Counted from the first letter of the stretch, positions 1 through 9,236 are shown. The stretch is 64,000 nt of DNA from an uncultured bacterium (GCA_937975685.1 CALJUG010000004.1:31494-95493), one strand, 5' to 3'. Program-made: numbers and translations. The notes: a model not told the origin generated them from the letters alone.

Positions 1-345
1 CACCACAAGCGGATGGTCGAAAAGCACAAGGCCCGGCTGCAAGAGATTCAAAATGCCCGCATGGCCGGGCTCCGCGCGCAGGCCGACAACATCTCGAAGC
101 AAAGCGTGACGATCGAGGCCAATGCCAACGACGAAGGCCATCTGTACGGCTCGGTCGGCGCGCCGGAAATCGTCGCGGCGATGAAACGTCACGAGTTCAC
201 GCTCACCACCGACCAGATCCGGCTCAAGGGCCCGCTCAAGGAGCTGGGGCTGTACACGGTCGGCGTGCACCTGGGGCACGAAATCGAGGCCGAACTCAAG
301 GTCTGGGTCGTGCCTACCGTGACCGACGCGCCCGAGAAGTCGTAG
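1..345 (+). CDS. rplI: 50S ribosomal protein L9, C-terminal part (5' end outside window)
   Basis: The frame is open from base 1 (HHKRMVEK...). The L9 C-domain is recognisable: 'EGHLYGSVGAPEIVAAMKRHEFTLTTDQIRLKGPLKELGLYTVGVHLGHEIEAELKVWV'. dnaB follows directly, the classic rplI-dnaB pairing. Confidence 0.85.
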   Translation, partial: HHKRMVEKHKARLQEIQNARMAGLRAQADNISKQSVTIEANANDEGHLYGSVGAPEIVAAMKRHEFTLTTDQIRLKGPLKELGLYTVGVHLGHEIEAELKVWVVPTVTDAPEKS

Positions 346-441
346 CGCCCGCCGGTCGGTTCAGGCAGCACGGCGCCGGCAAGTGGCCACACGCGCTTGG
401 GGCTGGGATTCGGAGGTTGTCACTTCTTCTCGCAGGGAGGC

Positions 442-1857
442 ATGCGCATGAAGATCAATTCCGAGATTCTCGATCGGCAGCCGCCGCGCAACCTCGATGC
501 CGAGCGGGGCGTGCTGGGCAGCATTCTGCTGGTGCCGACCGTCTGCGACGAAGTCTCGCTGATCCTGCGGCCCGAGGACTTCTACGACGACGCGAACCGC
601 ATCATCTTCACGCACATGCGCGAGATGAACGACGGCAACCAGCGCATCGACACCATGCTGCTCAGCGAGCGGCTCAAGCGGGCCGAGCAGTACGAGCAGA
701 TCGGCGGCGCGTCCTACCTGGCCGAGATCCTGCAATCGGTACCCACGGCCGCCAACGCCGCCTACTACGCCCAAATCGTCCGCGACAAGGCCACGCTCCG
801 CGCGCTGATCCACTCCAGTACCGAAATCCTGCGCGACGCCTACGACGACGGCACGGCGCCCCAGGAAATGCTGGCCCAGGCCGAGCAAAAAATCTTCGCC
901 ATCCTCGACGCCCGCAGCTCGGGCCACGTGGTGTCGATCGAGGAGATTCTGCACGAGGCGATGTCGCGGCTCGACAAGCGAATCACCCACAAGCACGCCA
1001 TTGGCGGCGTGGAGACCGGGTTTCGCGACTACGACAACCTGACCGGCGGGCTGATGAACTCCGAGTTGATCATCCTGGCCGGCCGCCCCAGTATGGGCAA
1101 AACGGCGCTGGCGCTGAACGTGACCGAGTACGCCGCGATGAAGGGCGGCACCACCGTGCTGTTCGTGAGCCTGGAAATGGCCTCGGCCGAGTTGGCCGAT
1201 CGCATGGTCTGCACGCTGGCCCAAATCAACGGCCAGCGGTTGCGCAACGGCATGGTGGGTACGGCCGAGCGGACGCGGCTGGTGGAAAAGATGAACGAGC
1301 TGGGGCAGGCCCCGCTGTACGTCGACGACACGCCCAGCCGCACGATCACGGAGATCGCCGCCACGGCCCGGCGACTGAAGCGGCGCGACGGGCTGGGGCT
1401 GATCGTGATCGATTACTTGCAGTTGATCGAGCCCGACAATCCGCGCGATCCCCGGCAGGAGCAGGTGGCCCGCATCGCCCGCCGGCTGAAGGGGCTGGCG
1501 CGCGAGCTGGAGGTGCCCGTGCTATGCCTGGCGCAGTTGAATCGGCAGGCGGAGGCCTCGCGCGACAACAAGCCGCGGCTGAGCCACCTGCGCGAAAGCG
1601 GTGCCATCGAGCAGGACGCCGACGTGGTGATCTTCGTCCACCGCGAGGAGTACTACGCCACGAACGAGGAAGACAAGGCGAACCTGGCCGGCCAGGCCGA
1701 GTTGATCATCGCCAAGCAGCGCAACGGCCCGACCGACACGGTCAAGTTGCACTGGTTCAAGGACTTCACGCAATTCCGCGACGCGGCCCAGGTGCCTTAC
1801 GAGGAATTCGAGCAGTTCAACGCCGCCCAGAGCTACGCCGGCGAAGAGCCGTTCTAG
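442..1857 (+). CDS. dnaB: Replicative DNA helicase DnaB
   Basis: N-terminal DnaB domain 'PPRNLDAERGVLGSILL'. Walker A 'GRPSMGKTALALN', 'DYLQLIE', 'SGAIEQDADVVIFVHREEYY'. The longest ORF starts at TTG 397. I place the start at ATG 442 (or 448) because GGGAGG lies at 435-440. No intein. Confidence 0.95.
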   Translation: MRMKINSEILDRQPPRNLDAERGVLGSILLVPTVCDEVSLILRPEDFYDDANRIIFTHMREMNDGNQRIDTMLLSERLKRAEQYEQIGGASYLAEILQSVPTAANAAYYAQIVRDKATLRALIHSSTEILRDAYDDGTAPQEMLAQAEQKIFAILDARSSGHVVSIEEILHEAMSRLDKRITHKHAIGGVETGFRDYDNLTGGLMNSELIILAGRPSMGKTALALNVTEYAAMKGGTTVLFVSLEMASAELADRMVCTLAQINGQRLRNGMVGTAERTRLVEKMNELGQAPLYVDDTPSRTITEIAATARRLKRRDGLGLIVIDYLQLIEPDNPRDPRQEQVARIARRLKGLARELEVPVLCLAQLNRQAEASRDNKPRLSHLRESGAIEQDADVVIFVHREEYYATNEEDKANLAGQAELIIAKQRNGPTDTVKLHWFKDFTQFRDAAQVPYEEFEQFNAAQSYAGEEPF

Positions 1858-2239
1858 GTTCGCCGATCGGTGCCTGCCATGCGCACGCTTGTGGGAGCAT
1901 GCTGGCGTGCGCTTCTTGCATGGCTCCTGCATGAACCTGGAATGCATGCCAGCGGTCCGCGTGCGGCACCTGCTCTGGAGCGTGCTAGCGGGAATCCGAA
2001 ATCGCGGGGAGATTCCCACCAGGCGGTGCGATTCGCGCACTTGGCGAACAACTCGCCTTGTCATGGGGCGCGGGTTGCTGTATCTCTACGCCGCTTTTGG
2101 CGGCCGGACCAGGTATGTCCCATCTGCTCCGGACCGGTTCGCCAGGACATAACGCAGCCGGTGCCACGGTCTTAGGGCCGCGGCCATCGGTGCGGCCACA
2201 TCTGAAGTTTCTTTCAACTTGATTCAAGAGCGAGCGTTC

Positions 2240-5200
2240 ATGGCTCTCGTCGGCCGCCAGGTCTTGCGATTGCTGCGCACAGCGTCAGCCGCGCTGATGG
2301 TCTGCGCCGCGGCGGCTGCCTTTCCAGGCGCGTTGCCGGCCCAGACGACGCCCAGCATGGCGTCGATGGAGCGGGCCACGCCGCTGCCGCCCCCGCAGCA
2401 AACCCTCGAGCTGCCTCCGCAAGGGTCGTTGCAGCCGCCGCCCCCCGCGCGGCCCGCGGCGCCCGTGCTGCAAGTGGTCGACATCAAGATCGAGGGCAAC
2501 CGCAAGCACTCGCGCGAGACGGTGCTCAACGCCATGAGCACGCGGATCGGCCACCCCTTCGAGCAATCGGCCTTCGAGCGGGACGTACGCAAGCTGACCT
2601 CGAAGAGCTGGTTCGTGCACGTCGTGCCCCGCAAAGATTACGTGCCCGGCGGCATCATCATCACGCTGGCCGTGGTCGAGCGCCCGGTGCTGGAGTACGT
2701 CCACTACCTGGGCAACCAGCGGATGAAAGACCGCACGCTGGCCAAGAAGAGCGGGCTGAAAAAAGGGGACCCGTTCGATCCCTACGCCGTGCGCGAGGGC
2801 GCCCGCAAGCTGGAAACCTTCTACCAGTCCAAGGGCTTCAGCGACGCCTCGGTCGAGGTGCCCGAGGGCACCAAACCCGGCGATCGCGGCGCGGTGTACC
2901 TGATTCACGAAGGCCAGAAGCTCAAGTTCAGCGACATCTCGTTCGTCGGCAACAGCCGGGCCATTGCCCCCGACGGCCGGCTCAAGAAGGTGATCGAATC
3001 GCGCGAGCCCTTTCTCTTCTTCTTCAAGGGCGAAGTGGACCGCAACAAGATCAAGCGCGACGAGGAAAAGCTCGAGCTGTACTACCGCAGCCTGGGCTTC
3101 TTCAAAGCCCGCGTCGGCAGCGACTATGAGTACAACGAAGACGAAGACCGCATGAAGCTGGTCTTTTACATCGACGAAGGGGTGCGCTACAACGTGCGCA
3201 ACGTCTCGTTCATCGGCAACCACGTCTACCCCGAGGAAGCCCTGGGCGCCGATCTGCAGCTCAAGTCGGGCGACGCCTACGACCAGTCGAAGATGCAGGC
3301 CGATATCGGGGCGCTCAAGGACCTGTACGGCTCGAACGGCTACGTCTTTGCCGACGCCAATGCCGACCTGCGGTTCGATCTGGAACCCGGTGTCGTGGAT
3401 CTGATCTACAAGATCGAAGAAGGCCAGCAGTGGCGGATCGGCGACATCACCGTCACGATCAAGGGCGACAACCCGCACACCAAGCACTCGACGATTCTCA
3501 ACCAGTTGGGCATGCGGCCCGGCGACATCGCCGACATTCGCCAGTTCCGCGCCGGCGAGCGACGGATCAAGGCTTCCGGCTTGTTCAACATGGACCCGAG
3601 CAAGGGCGAATTGCCCAGCATCACGTTCCGGCTCCCCGAGTGGGCCGAAGCCGTGGCCGAGAATCCCCAGCGCGACGACGTGCGGCAGGCCAGCGGTTCC
3701 AGCTCGGTCCGCGGCCAAAGCCCCGACGACGACGAACCGTGGTCGGTCACCCCGCGATCGACGTCGGGTACGACCACGACCGCGCGCCAGCCCGCGCGCC
3801 GCCATCAGCGTGAGGCCGGCCGCACGACGGTGCGCGGACAGAGTCCCGACAACACGGCCGGCTGGGGCGGTTCGCACGTGAAACCCGTTTCGCCGGGACC
3901 GTCGTCCTTTGCCGTCAACCCGCCGACAACCGCGCAGCAGCGCTACGCGGCCGGCGGAGCGCAGTACGGACCGGCGGTGGGCTATTCCAACCAGGCACGT
4001 TACGACGCGCCCGTGCAGCCGGGCCCCGGCGGCCAGGTCACTCCGGCGCAGTACGCCGAGCCGGCCCAGGATCCACTCTCCAACGACACAATTCCGCCCT
4101 CGGGCGGCTATACGCCGCGCGACTTCGGTTCGGCTCCGGAAGTGACCCCGCCGGGCAACTTCCTGGGCCCCGATGGCATGCCGGGCACGCAGCCCAGCCT
4201 GCCGATCGACGTCGTGGCCAGCGAAGGCCAGACCGGCCGGTTCATGCTCGGTGCGGGCGTCAACTCCAACGCCGGTCTGGTGGGCTCGATCGTGCTGGAC
4301 GAGCAGAACTTCGACTGGCGCCGCTGGCCCACGAGCTGGGAAGACTTCCGCTCCGGCCGCGCGTTCCGCGGTGCCGGCCAGAAGCTGCGGATCGAAGCGG
4401 CCCCCGGTACCGAGGTGCAGCGCTACCTGTTCAACTTCTCCGAGCCGTTTCTGTTCGACACGCCGGTGAGCTTCGGCCTCAGCGGATACTACTTCAACCG
4501 GATTTACCTGAACTGGACCGAACAGCGCCTGGGCGGCCGCGTCACGCTGGGATACCAGTTCACGCCCGACTTCTCCGGCAGCCTGGGTCTGCGTGCCGAA
4601 GACGTGCTGTTGCCGGCAAGCAGTTTTAATCCTGAGGGCGTGCCCGATCTGGATGAGGCCGCGGGGCGCACGCAACTGTACAGCGCACGGGGATCGCTCG
4701 CACACGACACTCGGGACAGCACGTTCCTGCCGACCGAGGGCCACTACATCACCACGACGTTCGAGTACTTTGAAGGCACTTTCCAGTACCCCTGGTTCGC
4801 GCTGAACTTCCAGCAGCACTGGCTGTTGCGGCAGCGCCCCGACGGTACGGGACGCCACACCCTGAGTTACTACAACCAGCTCGGCTTCGCCGGGTCGGAC
4901 ACGCCGGTCTACGAACGGTTCTTTGCCGGTGGCTTCTCGACCCTCCGCGGTTTCCAGTTCCGCGGTGCATCGCCACGGCAGGACAGCCTAACTGAACCCG
5001 GCGAATCCGCCATCGTGGGTGGTGACTTTCAGTTCTTGAACTCGGTGGAGTACATGTTCCCGGTTACGGCAGACGACATGCTCAAGATGGTGGCCTTCGT
5101 CGACTTCGGCACCGTCGAGGAGAGCGTCGCAATGACTTGGGATGAGTTCCGCATCGCCCCGGGCGCAGGCATTCGCGTGACGATTCCCGCGATCAGCGCA

Positions 5201-5293
5201 GCGCCGATCGCGGTCGACTTTGCCGTGCCTGTCAAACACGCCGAGGGCGACCTGATCCAGAACGTCAGCTTCTTCGTCGGCGTGGCACGCTAG
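2240..5293 (+). CDS. bamA: Omp85/BamA-family outer-membrane protein assembly factor with a long low-complexity insert
   Basis: Signal peptide 'MALVGRQVLRLLRTASAALMVCAAAAAFPGALPAQ'. About five POTRA-like units (e.g. 'VVDIKIEGNRKHSRETVLNAMSTRIGHPFEQSAFERDVRKL'). C-terminal surface-antigen barrel ('GRFMLGAGVNSNAGLVGSIVLDEQNFDW ... FAGGFSTLRGFQFRGASP ... NVSFFVGVAR'). ATG 2240 is preferred over TTG 2219. Confidence 0.85.
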   Translation: MALVGRQVLRLLRTASAALMVCAAAAAFPGALPAQTTPSMASMERATPLPPPQQTLELPPQGSLQPPPPARPAAPVLQVVDIKIEGNRKHSRETVLNAMSTRIGHPFEQSAFERDVRKLTSKSWFVHVVPRKDYVPGGIIITLAVVERPVLEYVHYLGNQRMKDRTLAKKSGLKKGDPFDPYAVREGARKLETFYQSKGFSDASVEVPEGTKPGDRGAVYLIHEGQKLKFSDISFVGNSRAIAPDGRLKKVIESREPFLFFFKGEVDRNKIKRDEEKLELYYRSLGFFKARVGSDYEYNEDEDRMKLVFYIDEGVRYNVRNVSFIGNHVYPEEALGADLQLKSGDAYDQSKMQADIGALKDLYGSNGYVFADANADLRFDLEPGVVDLIYKIEEGQQWRIGDITVTIKGDNPHTKHSTILNQLGMRPGDIADIRQFRAGERRIKASGLFNMDPSKGELPSITFRLPEWAEAVAENPQRDDVRQASGSSSVRGQSPDDDEPWSVTPRSTSGTTTTARQPARRHQREAGRTTVRGQSPDNTAGWGGSHVKPVSPGPSSFAVNPPTTAQQRYAAGGAQYGPAVGYSNQARYDAPVQPGPGGQVTPAQYAEPAQDPLSNDTIPPSGGYTPRDFGSAPEVTPPGNFLGPDGMPGTQPSLPIDVVASEGQTGRFMLGAGVNSNAGLVGSIVLDEQNFDWRRWPTSWEDFRSGRAFRGAGQKLRIEAAPGTEVQRYLFNFSEPFLFDTPVSFGLSGYYFNRIYLNWTEQRLGGRVTLGYQFTPDFSGSLGLRAEDVLLPASSFNPEGVPDLDEAAGRTQLYSARGSLAHDTRDSTFLPTEGHYITTTFEYFEGTFQYPWFALNFQQHWLLRQRPDGTGRHTLSYYNQLGFAGSDTPVYERFFAGGFSTLRGFQFRGASPRQDSLTEPGESAIVGGDFQFLNSVEYMFPVTADDMLKMVAFVDFGTVEESVAMTWDEFRIAPGAGIRVTIPAISAAPIAVDFAVPVKHAEGDLIQNVSFFVGVAR

Positions 5294-5315
5294 GCCGGCT
5301 GAGCCGTCGTCGGAA

Positions 5316-5696
5316 TCACCAGCGATAGCCGTAACCGTAGTACCGCGGCGTGTAGATCGGGTAGCGGTAGCCGCCGAAGGGGTAGCTGAACGTGCTGCCC
5401 GCCCCGTAGTAGGGCACGCGGCCGTAGTAGCCGTAGTACGGTCGAAACGCGTTGTAGCCCCGGTAGTACGGACGGTAGCCGTAGCGATAGTCGAAGCCGC
5501 GGGCATACGGTCGGTAGTACGAGCGATAGCCGTAGCCGTAACCGTAGTAGCCCCGCACGGGCGTGACAGCCAGCCCGGTGCCGGTCGAACGATAGGTGGC
5601 CGCCACGCCGGGTGTGGCCGCTTTGACGACAGGTGTTGCGCAGGTGAAACAACCCACGACTGCGAGCGCAACTGCCGCTTTGGTCAAACGTTTCAT
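5316..5696 (-). CDS. Small secreted Tyr/Gly/Arg-rich low-complexity protein, function unknown
   Basis: ATG start and signal peptide 'MKRLTKAAVALAVVGCFTCATPVVKA'. The tail is 77 aa with 28 Tyr by my count (YYGYGYGYRSYYRPYARGFDYRYGYRPYYRGY...YGYGYRW). It converges on the bamA stop 23 nt away. Being low-complexity, coding status rests on the signal peptide and the intact frame. Confidence 0.55.
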   Translation of the reverse strand: MKRLTKAAVALAVVGCFTCATPVVKAATPGVAATYRSTGTGLAVTPVRGYYGYGYGYRSYYRPYARGFDYRYGYRPYYRGYNAFRPYYGYYGRVPYYGAGSTFSYPFGGYRYPIYTPRYYGYGYRW

Positions 5697-5814
5697 CGAT
5701 CTGCCCTCCTTTGAGACACCGCTGGTGTCGCCTGGGCAGATCGCTAGTGCAAACCTGATGCCGCTGATAGCAGCCAGAAGGACAATCCGCAGGACGCGCC
5801 CCGCCGCTAACCGC

Positions 5815-6663
5815 TTAGGAGGGGCCGCCTTGCAGGCTGACGGCCAGCTTGCCCAAGGCTTCGGTTTCGATCTGGCGGACCCGTTCGCGGGTCAGGCCTA
5901 GCGCCTCGCCGATCTCTTTGAGCGTTTTGGGCTCATGGTCCTCGAGGCCGAACCGCATCCGCAGCACCGTGGCCTCGCGGGGGTCCATGGTCTCGAGCAT
6001 CTGCATCACGTGGACCAGGTTGTCGCTGTCGACCAGCTCCTCGTCGGGGCTCTTGAGCCGCTCGTCCATCACCATCTCGCCGAGCGACCAGCCGGTTTCC
6101 GATTGGTCGGTCTGCGGCGTGGAGTTGTAGATGCGGATGGCCTTCTTGATGATCGGCAGCTTCTTCTTGGGCAAGCCCAACACGCGGGCCACTTCCTCGG
6201 GCGTGGGCGTGCGTCCCAACTCTTCGGCCAGCCGCGCCGTGGCCCGACGCCACTTGCTGAGCAGTTCGACCATGTAGGCCGGAATGCGGATCGTCTTGGC
6301 CGTGTTGATCAGGGCCCGTTTGATCGACTGCTTGATCCAGTAGCTGGCGTAGGTGCTGAAGCGGGTGCCGACGCCGGGATCGAACCCCTCGACCGCGCGT
6401 AGTAGGCCGAGGTTGCCTTCTTCGATCAGGTCCTGCAGGCTCAGGCCCTTGCCGGTGTAGCCCCGGGCGATGTTGACCACCAGCCGCAGGTTGGCGCGGA
6501 CCATACGGTCGCGGGCGCGGATGTCGCCGTTGCCGATGGCGGTGGCCAGTTCTTGTTCGTCCTGGGCCGTCAGCAGCGACGTCTCGTTGATCTCGCGGAG
6601 ATAGGTCTCCAGCGGCGTCTGCACGGCGGATGTTTGTCGTCGTCGTGTCGTAGTCATACCCAT
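5815..6663 (-). CDS. RNA polymerase sigma factor, sigma-70 family (RpoD/RpoS-like, regions 1.2-4.2)
   Basis: Region 2 'ANLRLVVNIARGYTGKGLSLQDLIEEGNLGLLRAVEGFDPGVGTRFSTYASYWIKQSIKRAL'. Region 3 'IRIPAYMVELLSKW'. Region 4.2 'LKEIGEALGLTRERVRQIETEALGKL'. Confidence 0.9.
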   Translation of the reverse strand: MGMTTTRRRQTSAVQTPLETYLREINETSLLTAQDEQELATAIGNGDIRARDRMVRANLRLVVNIARGYTGKGLSLQDLIEEGNLGLLRAVEGFDPGVGTRFSTYASYWIKQSIKRALINTAKTIRIPAYMVELLSKWRRATARLAEELGRTPTPEEVARVLGLPKKKLPIIKKAIRIYNSTPQTDQSETGWSLGEMVMDERLKSPDEELVDSDNLVHVMQMLETMDPREATVLRMRFGLEDHEPKTLKEIGEALGLTRERVRQIETEALGKLAVSLQGGPS

Positions 6664-7037
6664 TCGGTAGCCATGCCCTGGACTGCGTTGTTTGGAACAA
6701 CTTCACTATCGTCGTCTACGAAAGACTTTCTGCACGTCGCGTGCCGCGCGACGAGGTGAGACGAATGTGAGGTGCGTTCGCGGTGTGCCGAAAAAAGCGG
6801 CCCCACGGATCACGACCCGCGCGGCGAAACGAAAGTTCGCATTGTGCCCGGCGTAGTGCCGGCATGTGCCTCGCCGGCGCGCCGCAGAAAGCTGCTGTGC
6901 AGGTTGCGCCGGAGAAAGCGGCCGTGCCGCCGCCGCGCGCCGCCCGGGCAGGGCCTGCGCTGGCGCCGTCCGCGGCGGAGGCTTGACGCCCAGGAAGTAC
7001 ATCGATCTTCCGGTCATGCCAATCGCCGGGCCTAGCA

Positions 7038-7075
7038 CGAAAACGACCCCGCGAGGACTTACCCCGCGGGGTCGT
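7038..7075 (-). terminator. Rho-independent terminator candidate downstream of rpsA
   Basis: An 11-bp perfect stem ACGACCCCGCG (7043-7053) / CGCGGGGTCGT (7065-7075) with an 11-nt loop. On the minus strand the stem is followed by UUUUCG. It begins 30 nt after the rpsA stop (7105-7107). Confidence 0.55.
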
Positions 7076-7104
7076 GCGATATCTCAAGTTTGTTGCGCTT
7101 GACG

Positions 7105-8883
7105 CTACTTGATCAGCGGGCCGGAGTCGCCGCCGACGCCGCCTTTGAGCTCCGAGGGCGGCGGGCTGGAAGCCGACTTGGCCGCCGAGGCGCCCGATTC
7201 GGCATCGGCTTTCTCAACGTCTTCTTCCTTCCAGTCGACCCGCTTGCGCGACAGGCCGATCTTGCGCTCGGCCGCGTCGACGCGCAGGATCTTCACCTCG
7301 ATCTCGTCGCCGACCTTGACGATCTCTTCGGCGTTCTCGACCTTGTGGTCGGCCAGCTCCGAGATATGCAGCAGGCCTTCCAGCCCGTTCTCGAGCCCGA
7401 CGAACACGCCGAAGTTGGTGATTTTCGTGACCGTGCCGGTCACGAGCTGGCCCGGCTGATACTTGCTGGGAATGTCGCTGGCCCAGGGATCTTCCTCGAG
7501 CTGCTTGAGTCCCAGGGCGATCCGCCGCCGCTGCTGGTCGACCGAAAGCACCTTGCAGTCGACCTGCTGGCCCTTTTCCACGACTTCGCTGGGGTGGCTG
7601 ATCTTGCGGGTCCACGACATGTCGCTGACGTGCAGCAGGCCGTCGATGCCCTCTTCGATCTCGATGAAGGCACCGTAGTTGGTCAGGTTGCGCACGGTGC
7701 CGTTGACCATCGTGCCGGGCGGATAGCGCTCGGCCACCTTGTCCCAGGGGTTGGCCTGGGTCTGCTTCATGCCGAGCGAGATCTCCTGCTTGTTCTTGTC
7801 GATGTTGAGCACCACGACGTCGATTTCGTCGTCGATGTGCACCAACTCGTTGGGATGGCTGATCCGCTTGGTCCAGGACATTTCGCTGATGTGCACCAGG
7901 CCCTCGATGCCTTCTTCGAGCTTCACGAAGGCCCCGTAGCTCATCACGTTGACGACCACGCCGTGCACGACCGAGCCGACCGGGTACTTGTCCTCGACGT
8001 TCTCCCACGGGCTGGGCGTCTTCTGCTTCAGGCCCAGGGCGATCTTTTCCTTCTCGCGGTCGACGTTGAGGATCTGGACCTCGATCTCCTGGTCGATGGA
8101 GACCATCTCGGACGGATGCCCGATGCGGCCCCAGCTCATGTCGGTGATGTGCAGCAGGCCGTCGATGCCGCCCAGGTCCACGAAGGCACCGAACTCGGCG
8201 ATGTTCTTGACGACGCCCTTGCGCAACTGGCCCACTTCGAGCGTGGAGAGCAGTTGGGACTTTTTCTCGGCGCGCTCGGCCTCGATCAGCGCCCGGCGGC
8301 TGACGACGATGTTGCGCCGCGCGTCGTCGATCTTGAGCACCACGCACTGGATCGTCCGGCCGATGTAGTCGCCGATGTCCGCCGGGCGGCGAATGTCGAC
8401 CTGGCTGGCCGGCAGAAACACGTTGACGCCGATGTCGACCAGCAGGCCGCCTTTGATCTTGCGGGTCACGGTGCCGGTGACGATGTCGTTTTCGTGCACC
8501 GTTTCCATCACCTTGAGCCAGGCCTCGATCTTCTCGGCCTTGCGCTTGCTCAGGGTGATCATGCCGCGCGAGTCTTCGTGGCGGCCGAAGACGTCCTCGA
8601 CTTCCTCGACGAGCACCTTGACGGTGTTGCCTTCCTCGGGCGGTTCGTCTTCCTCTTCCCACTCGTTGCGCGGGATGACGCCTTCGCTCTTGTAGCCGAC
8701 GTCGACCAGGACGAACTCGTTGTCGACGCGGAGGATGCGGCCCTCGACGATCTTGTTGACCGACAGTTCGCCGCCGCCCCAGTCGAGTTCCTCAGTGGCC
8801 GTGCCGCCCATGGCCTTGGCCAGTTCTTCCTCCCATTCCTCGGGTTTGGGATCCAAGCCGCGAATCAGATTACGATTTACCAT
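7105..8883 (-). CDS. rpsA: 30S ribosomal protein S1 (six S1 domains)
   Basis: Repeated S1 motifs, e.g. 'GTVTRKIKGGLLVDIGVNVFLPASQV', 'GVVKNIAEFGAFVDLGGIDGLLHITDMSW', 'GVVVNVMSYGAFVKLEEGIEGLVHISEMSW', 'GTVRNLTNYGAFIEIEEGIDGLLHVSDMSW', 'GTVTKITNFGVFVGLENGLEGLLHISEL'. Confidence 0.95.
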   Translation of the reverse strand: MVNRNLIRGLDPKPEEWEEELAKAMGGTATEELDWGGGELSVNKIVEGRILRVDNEFVLVDVGYKSEGVIPRNEWEEEDEPPEEGNTVKVLVEEVEDVFGRHEDSRGMITLSKRKAEKIEAWLKVMETVHENDIVTGTVTRKIKGGLLVDIGVNVFLPASQVDIRRPADIGDYIGRTIQCVVLKIDDARRNIVVSRRALIEAERAEKKSQLLSTLEVGQLRKGVVKNIAEFGAFVDLGGIDGLLHITDMSWGRIGHPSEMVSIDQEIEVQILNVDREKEKIALGLKQKTPSPWENVEDKYPVGSVVHGVVVNVMSYGAFVKLEEGIEGLVHISEMSWTKRISHPNELVHIDDEIDVVVLNIDKNKQEISLGMKQTQANPWDKVAERYPPGTMVNGTVRNLTNYGAFIEIEEGIDGLLHVSDMSWTRKISHPSEVVEKGQQVDCKVLSVDQQRRRIALGLKQLEEDPWASDIPSKYQPGQLVTGTVTKITNFGVFVGLENGLEGLLHISELADHKVENAEEIVKVGDEIEVKILRVDAAERKIGLSRKRVDWKEEDVEKADAESGASAAKSASSPPPSELKGGVGGDSGPLIK

Positions 8884-9069
8884 GCGATTGTTTCGTGTGC
8901 CGTTTCCGCCAGGGTGCCCCTCGAGGGGCCGCAGCGACTGGAAGCGCGCGGCCGAGCCTCGTCCGCCTCTTGAGATGGGCGAGCGCCTGACTTGCTGTAA
9001 AGTCCCGGTTTCGCGCTTCGCCGGCCAGCTACGCTAGTGGCCTGAAGGGCCAAGCGCGAGGAATCGCAA

Positions 9070-9098
9070 ATTATACAGGTATACCGATTTGCGAGCAA
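9070..9098 (-). promoter_or_regulatory. Sigma-70-type promoter candidate for rpsA (TTGCTC-17-TATAAT)
   Basis: Read on the minus strand: TTGCTC (9098-9093), a 17-nt spacer, then TATAAT (9075-9070). This is the only AT-rich patch in the 480-bp divergent spacer. It implies a 5' UTR of about 180 nt. Confidence 0.4.
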
Positions 9099-9206
9099 CG
9101 ACATCCCGCCGCCAGACAGGGGGCATCGGGGCCAGTGGAGCCCGGAGCATCGGGGCGCGGCCGTCACACAGGTAGGCGGGGGGTTCGGCCGGGTGGGAAC
9201 CGTTGT

Positions 9207-9236
9207 TTGACATTGCACCCCGCGCGGGTCTAAATT
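9207..9236 (+). promoter_or_regulatory. Sigma-70-type promoter candidate for the pilM-like operon (TTGACA-18-TAAATT)
   Basis: TTGACA at 9207-9212, an 18-nt spacer, TAAATT at 9231-9236. It lies about 130 nt upstream of the ATG at 9366. Confidence 0.3.

Noticed and set aside
417-1934. A 505-aa plus-strand ORF in an alternative frame of dnaB.
   Set aside because: This is an off-frame reading of dnaB. It is extremely Arg/Ala/Pro/Gly-rich with no motif, while the overlapping frame encodes a complete DnaB.
2285-4858. An 857-aa minus-strand ORF antisense to bamA. Similar long ORFs: 7090..8973 (+, opposite rpsA), 14634..17336 (-, opposite the secretin), 25873..28740 (+), 30440..32257 (-), 56945..58672 (-) and 61808..63853 (-).
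   Set aside because: These are shadow ORFs typical of high-GC DNA. Their translations are dominated by Arg/Ala/Gly/Pro/His runs and have no recognisable motifs. Each fully overlaps a gene on the other strand that has clear family signatures.
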